Source of the DNA: Naegleria gruberi
Lineage: Eukaryota
Strand: one strand, 5' to 3'
Assembly: GCA_000004985.1 (NCBI GenBank)
Contig: GG738862.1
Length of the DNA: 64,000 nucleotides
Below are positions 32,676 through 44,235 of this stretch, piece by piece (the first letter of the stretch is position 1; each line of letters starts with the position of its first letter). The notes under the pieces were generated by a model. It ran no database searches. It was given only the letters and a program-made list of their open reading frames with translations, and was not told the DNA's origin. Position numbers and translations under genes: made by a program.

Positions 32676-35273
32676 TTATTTCTCAATTGTTGAATTGAGT
32701 TTGAGTTTGACAATTTCCATCTCTGATTTGTGAACTCGCCTTACTTCCTCTTTCATTTCCTTATATTCTTCTGATCTGAGGAATCTGCTGTATGTATCCA
32801 TCATGACTCCCTTTACTTGGATGAGAAGATCATCAAAGAATTTTTCTCCTTCTTCCAAATCGTACATTAAGCTTGCTAGTGTTGGTGATGTTTTGTTAAC
32901 TTGATCTGATATTTCAGATTGCAAGTAGGAATCACTCTTTCTTCTATTACTTTTAAGGAAGGTATGATCTTCGTGGAAACTCATATCTTCAAGGCCATCC
33001 TCATCCATATCATGAGATGTTGCCAAATCATCTTCTGTATTGTCACCGGTTGAACTCGAGTTGCTTCCTTCACTCGTTACATTACTTCCATAAGGGTCAG
33101 ATTTGGAATTATCATCACTTCCAGTACTTGAAGTACTTGGATTCTTTGATTTGCATTTTCCTCCATGATGACTGTCATTATCCAGAAACAATACTTCCAT
33201 TTCAGAGTCACTTCCATCAGATAGGGCATCCTCATCATGTTCGTCGCCATTTGAGTGTGTGCTGGCCTTTCTATGTTGTGGATATGAAGTTCTATGAATA
33301 TAATCTTCCATATATTGCTTTTCTTCTCTTTCTTTTTCCATCTCGTAATCTCTAAGTTTATAGTATTTATCAAGGAGCTTTTTTCTTTGAACTGAAGATA
33401 AATTGACTTCAAAAGGAGCACCATGAATAATAAATGTATCTATCACATACTGTCTCATAATCTTGGATTTTTTCAAATCAACCTTAGCTTCAGGTAAATA
33501 AAACCTTGTCAAATAAATATACAATTTCACATTTTCCAGTGAGAGTTCTTTGCTTGCAAATTTCATGAAATATTTGAGAGCGTAATCGTTTTGAAGTACA
33601 TCCTTAAACTCTGATTGCTCAGCTCCAGCAAGATTAGCAAGACTAATCATGAAATTATTTGTTCTTGGTGAAAGAACTGCCAAATCTGATTGAGAGCCTC
33701 CTTTAATAACATCCAAAAGAGTTGTATCTGTTGGTACTTTGTATTTTTGACCTGAAGTTTTTTGAAGAGGTGTATTAAATAGGGCAGAAGATGAGGATGA
33801 GGTCTTTAACTCTGGTTCTCGATTCTTGATTTCCTTCCTTTCCTTATATAAAGTATCTGTTTTCAATTCAAGAAAATCAATAACTTTCTTTTGATGATGA
33901 ATATTTGCAAGCATGTGGCTGTTAGATTTTTCCAAATGTTTCATCTTTTCCTCTAGAATGTGAAATTTCTTTTCCAAAGAAGAATAATCCTTTTTAAAGC
34001 TGGAATTTACACTATGACCATACTTTTGAAGAGTTCCATGAATGGATTTGTATAAATCATAGATATGATGATGAGCTTCGAATATTTCTTGATTAATTTC
34101 ACTACTTTTAGATACCTTAACCTCATCCACTGAGTAAGGTACATTGAGACGTTGTTGAATCACATCAGCCTCTGCATGTGAAGAGGAGGTGCTATTAGGT
34201 GACATTAATCTATTTCCAGATCTATTGTTACTATTTGTTGGTATTTGAGAAGATGAAAAGGGCGATGGTGGAGAACTTCCTTGTGGTGTTGATGGTTCTG
34301 ATGGAGTTTTTGGTGTTTGAATTTGTCTTCTCATAACACCCATAAATCTGTACTTGTCTCTATCAGTACTGCCTGGAATTTCTCCAAGAGACAATCTTAC
34401 TTCTGCCACTTGACCATTAGATAATTTGGCAGGAAGAGCACGAGGTTTACCAATCAAATGTTTGTTTCCAGTTTTTCTAAACCTTTGCATAAATTCATCG
34501 TGATTTTTAGCAACTTCGAAAGGCATTAGGATTTTGATATCCTTTCCAATAATATCTTTTTTCTTATATCCAAAAAAGCTCTCTGCTTGTGTATTGTAAG
34601 CTGTTATAGTTCCATAAGCATCACTCACAATAACAATATCAATCATGGCCTCAATAGTTGATAAAATGGCATTTGCTTGGGTTGATGTTGGATTATTGAG
34701 AGCATCTGAAGCTGTTGGTACTTGAGGTTTTTTCTGCAAGTATTGGTTAAGAAGATTCATCCACAATTTCTTTTCTTCTGCTGATGTTGCCATAAGAAAC
34801 CTTGGTGACAGTTTCTTTTTATCTATTGTTGATGATGATTTTGCTGTTGTTGTTGGGTGTTGTTTCTCGTTTAAAAACTCATCCATTTCCTCTATAATTT
34901 TGGCTGCATGCTCATCGTCGATTTTTGGTGTCCTTGAAATATTCTTATTTGGATTTTCATCAAAGAAGAAACCTATTGTGTTCTTCTTTCCGGTCATATC
35001 ATCGGAAGAAATTATTTGGGTAACGACAATATCATATCTTTCAATATTGTCATTGGTGTTGAGTGGAAATACTTCTCTCACCTCAACTTTTCCACTCGAA
35101 GGATGATGTTTCACTCTGTAAACACAATTACCATCAAACATGTAGGAATGTACTTTCCATGATGAGAATAAACTATTCTTTTGTTTAAAGGCTCCTTGTT
35201 TGATGATAGTCTCTGTTGACTCTATAACATCTCCTGCTTTTACAACTGGTATCATTGTTGAAAAGCCTATCAA
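32676..35273 (-). CDS. PH-like + PAS + RGS domain protein (865 aa), a putative regulator of G-protein signalling.
   Basis: N-terminal PH-like block (KQGAFKQKNSLFSSWKVHSYMFDGNCVYRVK). PAS motif IVSDAYGTITAYNTQAESFFGYKKKDIIG. RGS signature YALKYFMKFASKELSLENVKLYIYLTRFY...SKIMRQYVIDTFI. Confidence 0.65.
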   Translation of the reverse strand: MIGFSTMIPVVKAGDVIESTETIIKQGAFKQKNSLFSSWKVHSYMFDGNCVYRVKHHPSSGKVEVREVFPLNTNDNIERYDIVVTQIISSDDMTGKKNTIGFFFDENPNKNISRTPKIDDEHAAKIIEEMDEFLNEKQHPTTTAKSSSTIDKKKLSPRFLMATSAEEKKLWMNLLNQYLQKKPQVPTASDALNNPTSTQANAILSTIEAMIDIVIVSDAYGTITAYNTQAESFFGYKKKDIIGKDIKILMPFEVAKNHDEFMQRFRKTGNKHLIGKPRALPAKLSNGQVAEVRLSLGEIPGSTDRDKYRFMGVMRRQIQTPKTPSEPSTPQGSSPPSPFSSSQIPTNSNNRSGNRLMSPNSTSSSHAEADVIQQRLNVPYSVDEVKVSKSSEINQEIFEAHHHIYDLYKSIHGTLQKYGHSVNSSFKKDYSSLEKKFHILEEKMKHLEKSNSHMLANIHHQKKVIDFLELKTDTLYKERKEIKNREPELKTSSSSSALFNTPLQKTSGQKYKVPTDTTLLDVIKGGSQSDLAVLSPRTNNFMISLANLAGAEQSEFKDVLQNDYALKYFMKFASKELSLENVKLYIYLTRFYLPEAKVDLKKSKIMRQYVIDTFIIHGAPFEVNLSSVQRKKLLDKYYKLRDYEMEKEREEKQYMEDYIHRTSYPQHRKASTHSNGDEHDEDALSDGSDSEMEVLFLDNDSHHGGKCKSKNPSTSSTGSDDNSKSDPYGSNVTSEGSNSSSTGDNTEDDLATSHDMDEDGLEDMSFHEDHTFLKSNRRKSDSYLQSEISDQVNKTSPTLASLMYDLEEGEKFFDDLLIQVKGVMMDTYSRFLRSEEYKEMKEEVRRVHKSEMEIVKLKLNSTIEK

Positions 35274-36360
35274 AATTGCAAAATTGTTTTCTTTCTGACT
35301 AAAACAGTAGTTTCGAATATGTACACCCTTGCTGAAGTGAATCTTTTTCAGATATTCGAGCCTAATTTGTGAATTGTTTGTTCAACTTCCTTTCTTCCGT
35401 ATCAATGTGTGTGATATTTGTAGTGTTGATGTAAAGTGGAAGAATCTCTGTTGTGTGAATATGTTTCTTTTTTTTACGTATTTCATCGCACGAAGAAAGA
35501 GGCTATAAAAATTTGGATAAGGAAAGAAGGAGTTTGGAAGGGCCATCACGTGTTACTGAAAGAATGATGGCACAACCAAGTTAATTGGATAACACTCACA
35601 CTTTCAGATACAACTTTACAGAAATTCCTTATGTTTGTGTTGGTGGTAATGTGGTTTCCTTGATTACACTATTTGAAATGTGTTTACAAACCGTGGTTGT
35701 TTCTACCTTTGGACAATTGTGTAATTGTATAATTTTAGAAATAATAGTGGCCTGATGTAATGTCAGTTCAAATCGCTTGGTATTTTGCCGGATATCGAAT
35801 TGTTGCCACTTGACAATGAACAAAATGTGAGTTACATTTTAGGAAGTGGTTGAGAAAGGTATTCGAAAGATGTGTATTAATTCCTTAATGTGTCCAATAA
35901 GATATTCCCTTATTGTTAGAATGAGAATAATAATCGATTACTGATTGACATTACTTTGTTTACCGTAATAAATCTAACCTCTTACTGAAGATCCTTTGAT
36001 TTGGACCACCTCCTTAAACCATCAGGTACTCTGGATACAATATACAACAATGAAGGAATGCAAAGTGGATTCTCCATAGAAATCATTCCGATGCTAAAAG
36101 ACGAATAAGATGTTTGCTCGATGGTAATAAACGGACATTAAACTACAACGTCTTTGGCTACAACGTTAAGATTTTTTTTCGAATTGCTTGAAGAGCGCCA
36201 AATAGTATTTTCCCTTATGCTCACAATCAATTTAAAAAGAATATTCAAAAAAACAAAAGGCTTCAAATTCTTCTTCAAAAGTAACATCAAACTCTCTGAT
36301 TTGTGTTATTATTAATTTGGAATTTTTATAGATAGAATATATTATTGATTAATTGTGTTG

Positions 36361-38037
36361 ATGATAAGAGGAGCCTTTCAACCGGTTGAATCTTCTTCAT
36401 CTGTGTTTGATGATGAATCATCACCAGCCTTGTCTTTCGGAGGAATGTTGAATTGGAGTGATGATGAAGAAGATCATCAGATGGAGAGAACAATTCTTCG
36501 ACCACATTCAATACGTTCATTTGCAAGGGAAATTGATAATAATAATGATGGACAGGATCATGAGGATTTGAAAAAGACAACATCCCAATCAACTATGATT
36601 GAAAATTACTATCATCAAACTTGTACAACACTTGCTAATAGAGATTTGGATAGTTGGGATGCTGATGATGTACATGCTAACTGTCTGTTGAGATTATTAC
36701 CACCAGAAATGTGTTATTTGATTCTGACGTTTGTAGATTTTCAAACACTTTTGAATTGTCAACTTGTATCAAGAGAATGGTATCAATTTACTAATAACTG
36801 CGAGATTTGGTCTCCTTTTTATCATTTGAAGGGATATTCTCCCAGAAATTCATTTGACGAAACTCAAGGTGTGACTAACCGTTTAACAATGAATGAGTTT
36901 ACAATATTTGATAAGGATGGAGGAGTGGTAAATCCAAGACAAAAACATCTCTCTGAAGAATACCTATCATGGATGCTACAAGAAAGAGACTTTGATGAAT
37001 CGCCAAAGTCTGAACCTGGAGGATCAGGTTATCGATCATTGTTTTTATACAAAGCCTCACAACGATTCGAAAAAAAGACGAGAAAGAATGAATTAATAGA
37101 CATGTATTATAACTTGAACAGATTGGTAACTTATTTACCAGCATTGAAAAGAATCAGTTATTGGTGCTTCTCAATTGGTATTTTGATATTTTCGATTTTA
37201 TTTCCTTTATTAATGGATGATGAAGGAAAATTCAAGAATATTGAGAATTTAGGATTTTATTATTTTATTTATGTATTAGCTTGCTATGGTCCTGTATTTA
37301 TTGGGCATGCTAGTTGTTTGGTATTATGTTATTGGGTGTACAGGAAACATGTGAATCTTTCATATCATGACCAAAGTGAAAGATTGCTCATATTTTCAAT
37401 GACTAATGCCACTAGTTATTTGTTGGATGTTACATTTGAAACTCAATTATTGTGTTCTGTTCCTTTTAGTTTCTGCATACCTATATTTATGAGAATATTT
37501 GACTGGGGACATACAGTTTCAATGTTTCCCTTACTAACTACTATCATGGCACAAAAGTTCTTTTACTTTGTCTATGAAGTACAAAGAGAGAAAATATTGA
37601 AAAGGAAAAAGTGGGAAACTCTCAGAGCTGTTAATACTGTCTTATTGTTCCAGGTTGCCCTCATTTGTTTCAAACTTGACAAGATGTTGGTATTACGTTA
37701 TGTATTTGGAGATATTGTGATGGGTTTAAATTGGAGAATGATTTTCATTCCAGCTCATATATTTGGATTTATTTATTGCATGACAAATATTCATGCATTA
37801 CAGATTAAGAAGCATTTCTTTAGTATGCAACGTAATAATGAGGCAATTACCAGAAAGTGCATTATGTTTGGAGCATGTTTAGCATTTTACCTATTCTTCT
37901 TTTACATGTTTGGTTTAAAGTTAGATATGGGTGACAAGTTAGATTATTCCTTCTTGTACATTTTCGTTTATTGGTATGTTGTGAATATTATTTATGTACT
38001 TTTGAAGCAAGAAAGAATTCGTTCACACCTTATGTGA
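36361..38037 (+). CDS. F-box + multipass-TM protein (~558 aa).
   Basis: Clear F-box LLRLLPPEMCYLILTFVDFQTLLNCQLVSREWYQF followed by at least 7 hydrophobic helices. Confidence 0.6.
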   Translation: MIRGAFQPVESSSSVFDDESSPALSFGGMLNWSDDEEDHQMERTILRPHSIRSFAREIDNNNDGQDHEDLKKTTSQSTMIENYYHQTCTTLANRDLDSWDADDVHANCLLRLLPPEMCYLILTFVDFQTLLNCQLVSREWYQFTNNCEIWSPFYHLKGYSPRNSFDETQGVTNRLTMNEFTIFDKDGGVVNPRQKHLSEEYLSWMLQERDFDESPKSEPGGSGYRSLFLYKASQRFEKKTRKNELIDMYYNLNRLVTYLPALKRISYWCFSIGILIFSILFPLLMDDEGKFKNIENLGFYYFIYVLACYGPVFIGHASCLVLCYWVYRKHVNLSYHDQSERLLIFSMTNATSYLLDVTFETQLLCSVPFSFCIPIFMRIFDWGHTVSMFPLLTTIMAQKFFYFVYEVQREKILKRKKWETLRAVNTVLLFQVALICFKLDKMLVLRYVFGDIVMGLNWRMIFIPAHIFGFIYCMTNIHALQIKKHFFSMQRNNEAITRKCIMFGACLAFYLFFFYMFGLKLDMGDKLDYSFLYIFVYWYVVNIIYVLLKQERIRSHLM

Positions 38038-38039
38038 GT

Positions 38040-41000
38040 TTATTTCTCGTAACTTAAGATTAAATCTACCTTTGTAACATCAGCTGTTTTCTTATTTGGA
38101 GATCTGAGTCGTTCTATTGAAGTGTTCACATCAATAGGTTGATTTTTCTCGGTAAGACTTTCAATTCCAGCAATAATTGACAGATAATCGTATTTCATCT
38201 TATCTATATATGGCATTTCACTATTGTAACTGAGATTGTCATTGTGATCCTTTTTCAATTTCCTATTCAATTTTTCACATTCGGTACCAAGTATGCTTAA
38301 TCTCTTGAACAGAGTTGATCTGAGCTTTTGCTCTTGTACCTTATCAGAAAAAGTGGTCAGCTTCTGAATATTTGAGTTTAGGGTATTCTCAAATTCTTTC
38401 AACTCCATAAGAACGGTTTCTCTTGCAGCAACAACGGTTGCTCCCTGTTTCCATGTCTTGTAGGCATCTTTCATCAAATTTACATTACCAATATATTTAG
38501 AGCTACCATACCTTTGGTATAATTTGATTTTAAAGCCAGCTGGTATTAACAAATCATCCCAAACTTGTTCTAACTTTTCCAATAATGTAACACTATCAAA
38601 TCTATCAACATTATTGTCGAGTCTCCTAGGCGAGTCATCACCTGTGAAGAGAGTTGAGTTGTCGAACATATTTTGAAAAATGGATGTTTTGATTGCCCAT
38701 TTTCCAGAATGTGGATTTTTCTTTTCTGAAGATGGTAAAGACCTACGAGATCTTGGAGTTTTAGTACTTCTTGGGCTATCATCCTTCAAAATAATTGAAG
38801 TGGAAGATCTAATAGACACTCTTAAAATATCAGAATTTGTATCAGCTTCAGATAATGGGGTTGTCATTGACTGGTTCAATTGATTAGATAATTCTAAATT
38901 CTTAGCTGTTAGTTTTACAGGGGATGAGGATTTTTTAGGTTCAACCGGAGGTGGAGTTTCGTTTCTCTCTGAAGCTCTCGATGTATTCCTTGAGTTTTGA
39001 CTATTGGTTGTCGTTCCACTAGCACTACTTGTAGATCTCTTTTGAAGAGTGTACCTTCTAAGATTCTTAGATTTTTTCTCATGAATAGAAGTAACATCAG
39101 GGGTAGTTCTCTTTTTAGATGATGGTTTCTTAATCTTAATGTTATCATGGTCATTGCTCTTTGTACTGATCATGGATGAGTCAGAATTCATGGAATGTAA
39201 ACTAATAGCATCACTACCAGGTGTACCAATATTCACCTCTTCTGGATGATATTGTGGTTTTGGAGTTGGAGCAATTGGTTCCTGATGATCTTCTTTCACC
39301 TCTAAATCATGGTCTTCTTCATTGTCATTGGACATATCTTCATGCATAACAGCATCCTCACTAAATGTATTACTTCCTTGTCGAGATAAACTCTTATGTT
39401 CAATATCAGAGATTTGGTCTAGAATGGAATCGTCTGTTTGTTTGCTCTTGGTAACAGATTGATTCTCATCCGCGTAATCATTACTATGATCACTTCCAGT
39501 AAACATTAAACTATTCTCAGAGGCCATTATATCGGGCATAGGTTGTGTCGTATCGATCTTTGTTTTCGAAGAAATAACTGGTTCGTTTGTGCTTTTAGTT
39601 GGGAAATAAGGTATTCCTTTTGGTGGCTCAATATAATAAGATCTTTGATATTCAAGAGGTGGTTTTTCAGGAATATCACCAACAACAAGAGTCTTTTTAA
39701 GAACAGGGTCTTTTGATTTGGTTGATCTTGAAGTTGGAAGATCTGTAGGAATTCTTGGTGTTGACTTATTATGCTTGCTTCCTTTCAAGTTTGATTTACT
39801 GGTCCTGTGGTCGTTCTCTCGTTTGATTATATTCGCAAATAAATCAATTTCCTTCTCCTTTCTAACTTCAGTGTCAATGTGATCTCTTGGAAGATTTTCC
39901 TCCATCGTGTCACTGTCGTGTTTCCAATCTGTATTCTTAATATAGTTTGTTATATCCAAAAGGCCACGTTTTTCCAAGAATGATTGTACTAATTCTTGTT
40001 TTCCAGTTTCTTTCAAGGATTTTTCTTTAATTGCCTTCTCAAATTTGAATTTTTGTTTCTCTTTTTGAACTATTTGTTTGAACACATCCTGTGTATATGT
40101 GTTACAATGGTTGATATAATTAATAATAATAAATAAAACATGTTTGATTCTTGAAACTCTTCGTCTCTTGAGCTCTAAATTATGAGACAGCATAGTTGGA
40201 GACATACGTTCTCCACTATCGCTGTCATCCTCGTCATCATCCTCATCAGGATTTTTCCACTCAGAGAATGTATTAATCTTTGGAAGTTTTAACTCTTCCT
40301 CCTCGTCATCTTCATTAGTATTCAATTTTGGTTTCTTAATTTCATCAATAACTACTTCTTTGTAATGCTCGAATAAATTATTCATTAAAACCTCATTCTC
40401 GAAGAAAATATTTACATAAAATTTGGCTAATTTGATTATGTGCTCGTGTCTATTAATGTTAAGGGTTGAAGAGAGTTTCATGGACCACATGAGCAGAACT
40501 TCAGCTCCTTGAGACCACTCTCTTTTTGTTCTTGGATTCCAATCAAATGGAATACACTTCAAAATGGTGACCATTGTTGTTGCCATATCATCCAAAACTG
40601 AATATCTTGGAGTCACAGCACTAATTAATTTGTTTTCGTTCATCTTTTTCATTTCATTACACATATCTACAATTAATTTTTCCAATGATTGACACATTTC
40701 AGTTATGTACTTGTCTCTTTCTTGCCATTCCTCGTCTTTCATCAGCTTTTGCTTTGCAGAGAAAAGCTGCTCAAACTGGCCTTGATTTTTCTCTTCCTTG
40801 TATCTCTCAAGAGTATCCATAGTAAGTTTGGTATTCTTAATGTTAGCTTGGGTGAGATTTTGTTTCTGTTTCTCAATTTCTTTAGGATTGAATTCTTTGA
40901 ATTCTTGCATCAAGAATTGTTCTCTTTGAGAAAATATATCTGGATCTGTTTTCGTATCCAATGTTCCATATAAGAACGCATCCAAAGTGTTGTCCTTTAA

Positions 41001-42391
41001 AATTCCACCATCTGCGAATGCTGGTTTTACATTTAAATAACATAAAATGTCCTCTTCCTCTTGAAGTTCTTCCAACTCCAAAATCTTTTCCAACATTTGA
41101 GAAATACTGTAATCCAGAGAGGGCATTATTTCTGTCAGAGTCTTCTCACCACAATTTGTAGGATCATATTTTGTTAACTCCATAATTTTAGTAGCTGTAG
41201 TGTTAATTTGTTCAGCTTCTGTTTGTTTTGAAGCCTCTGAAAGTTTTCTCTTTCTTGCCTCCAAAATGTGCTTCTGTTTATCCCTTAGAGACACGGGATC
41301 ATCTTTTACTTTCACTTTTTTATCTACTGCAGAAGGTTTTTCCTGTTTTCCTCTGTCCTTATGAATTCGTGGACCATTCGATCCAACATCTCCCAAATCC
41401 CTGTCCATAACCATCTTAACCTCTTCACTTAAGAAGGGATTTCTAGAAAGTGTTGTGGCAGGTGTCATATTATAGGACAAGATCTTATCCAAAAATTTGG
41501 TTTGGTTTGTTTCCTCGAATGATTTGAAAACCCTCTTTTCAGAAGCAGTTGGAACTTTAGTTAATACAGAGCTTGGGTTCTGAGGTTTCTCATCATCATT
41601 GGTAGAGTACAATCCAGAGAGAAAACCATATTGAAAGTCTTCTTTCTTTCCAGGCATACTTTTTTGTCGGGGAGTGATATTTCCAGGAGGTCCACTTCTC
41701 GGTTTCAAATGTTGGTTGTTCAAGAGCTTTTTGTCAAAATTCTTATCTTCCATAAGAATGTCTCTAATTTTTGATGGATCAAATCTACATATTTGAATTA
41801 GTAATTGAATGTCTATCACACATACTTTGAAAAAGAGCATCGAGCAATATTTTGAATTCTAATCTTGTTTGTTTCCTCATCAAATACTCCTTTTTTCATC
41901 ATTGTTTTATATTTTCGACTCATATCATCAACAATTTTTTCCTTATGCATTTCAATTGCTCTCTTAATTGCTTTATCTCGATTATTTGCTGCTACAAGCG
42001 GATTATATGATCCAATATTACTAGTAAATTGTATTCCAATTTCCGCCTTCATTAAATTATCAAATTCCTTCATATCAATATCGGTCTTTCTTGTCGGAAG
42101 ACCAGCACCAACAATATCCGTAACTTTTGTTGAAGTAACACTTAAGGCATTATAAAAAGCATCAACATCCTCATATTCCTTATCAACTCTCCATCCTTCA
42201 TTCTTGTTAGGTATTTCAAAAGTAATTGAATATCCCTCTCCATCCAAATTTACAGTTTCCTTAGTCTCTTGTTTTTCATCCTCATCCGATAACCCCAATC
42301 TAGAAGTAAGGGCTTTATAATTCAAACTCGTATTGACCCTCTTCAAAGAAATTGGATTAACCAGCGATGTGGATGAGGCATATCCACTCAT
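38040..42391 (-). CDS. Large hypothetical S/T/K/E-rich protein (~1450 aa), complement(join(38040..41784,41826..42391)) with a 41-nt intron.
   Basis: ORFs 41816..42391 and 38040..41840 join in frame across GTATGTGTG...ATATGTAG (41785..41825, phase 2). No family recognised. Confidence 0.55.
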
Positions 42392-42673
42392 TTTTTAAAT
42401 TAATTTCATTTGATTTAAATTTGGCGCGCTCATAAAACTGTAAATTTCTCATACTGTAAAACCCCAGCCGTAAGACTCATTCAGTAGTAAAAAAACCATC
42501 AACTATCGAAATGAGTCGGAAAGATGTAACGAATCATCTCTTTGAATTCTCTCTTTACAAGGGTAACAGTTCTTTTTTTTATTGTTACCTATTGACGAGT
42601 GAGTGATTGATTTCCCGCCTTTCCTTCTTTGGCTTTGGTGTGCTGAATTTTAAAAGAAAACACAACAGAAAAA

Positions 42674-43986
42674 ATGTATTATAGTAATAGCAACACAAGT
42701 GTTGCTTCTCCTTCCTCGAGTGATCAGAAAACAACAGCAATAATAGAGGAGAGTCAAGGCTCACGTTCGAATCTAGCTGTGGAGAATGGTACCTCTCCGA
42801 AACAAATATCACCTTCGGAAGAGAAGAATATCAAAATAATTTCAGCAAATAATTCGCAAGCCTTCATACAGAATAAGATTGCTGGGCATGCTATTGTGGA
42901 AGATTTGGAGTTGGGACTACATCATGACGAAGGGAAAACATCAAGATCGATATCAAATGCATCATCAATTAATTCAACATCTAAATTAATAGAAATGCAA
43001 GAAATGAAACATATTCCTTCAAAGTATATTGACTTTATAACTGCATTTGATTATTTTGTAAACAATGGAAAGGATGAATTGAATGAAATTAAGAAAAATA
43101 TCAAGTATTCACAAAAAGATGAATTATCAACAATTTCAGAAACTTACTGTTTTTGTCTTACAAAAAAGAAGAGAGTCCGTTTTGAAACTTTGGAAAATGA
43201 TCAATTGGAAGAGTTAAGGAACTATCTTGCACTCATGACTATTCCTTTCAAAAATTCAAATTCAGTACATGTCGACATTTGTATGGAGGTTTTTCATGCT
43301 GTGTTGGGCAAGGAAATCAATTTTGATAACTCAAAAGAGAATGAGGAAATTATAATTCACGACAAAAAAGAAAGTAAATCTCCAATCACAACGGAGTGGG
43401 AAACACTGGGATTTCTTGGGCCTAATCTTGAAGAAGAGTTCAGAGGTTTTGGAATATTTGGAGCCCTTATGCTACTCTATTTTTGCACCTATCATCAAGA
43501 GTTGAGTGAGAAGATTTACCAACTCTCCAAGGACGAGAAAAAACACTTTCCTTTTGTAATATCAGTTCTTCATCTTCTCAAAATAGGTAAGTTTCAAAAT
43601 TCCTACCAATTAGTTATATTCTCAAAATTACATTAGCAATGGATTTAGTAAAGAATAAGAGATTCAACAAGTATATCAATCAGAATCAAAGTGTAATATT
43701 TACTATTCAAGTGGTGCATGCAGATATATGCAGAGAATTTCTCAAACTGTGGACCAACAAGTCATATACAGAGTTGGACTTTCACCACGTTATTGAATCT
43801 TACACATTTGAAATTGTTAAGAAAGACTCTCTGGCCAAACAACTTCTCCTTCCCTCTTCAAAATCTAGAGAAAGGGCAGCCACCAAAGCAACCACAACAA
43901 CAACTCGCTCACCATCTCCTTCCTCACCCACCATTTCACACCAACAACCCTCAACCTCCCTCAAAAACAGAACTGTTTTCAAATAA
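42674..43986 (+). CDS. ELMO-domain protein (ELMOD-like, putative Arf/Arl GAP), join(42674..43586,43637..43986).
   Basis: ELMO signature WETLGFLGPNLEEEFRGFGIFGALMLLYF (W..GFQ...P..DFRG.G). A 50-nt GTAAGT..TTAG intron joins ORFs 42674..43636 and 43639..43986 in frame. Confidence 0.65.
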
Positions 43987-44235
43987 TCAATGAGTCTAAT
44001 ACCTCTATAAAATGGTGAATAATTCCCTTTCACCAAATAACAACTTTTTTCTAAAATCCAAACCTGTTCCATTTTAAGAACATTAAGGCTCTTCGCATCT
44101 CATCACATGCTTTAAGTTGGATGCACAATCTATTTTAAAAAACTAAAGCAACGTTGCCTCCATAACAATAGCCATATCAACAGGTGAAAATCGTCTTCCA
44201 CAAACAACACAAGCCACTAGAAATATATTCTCCAA

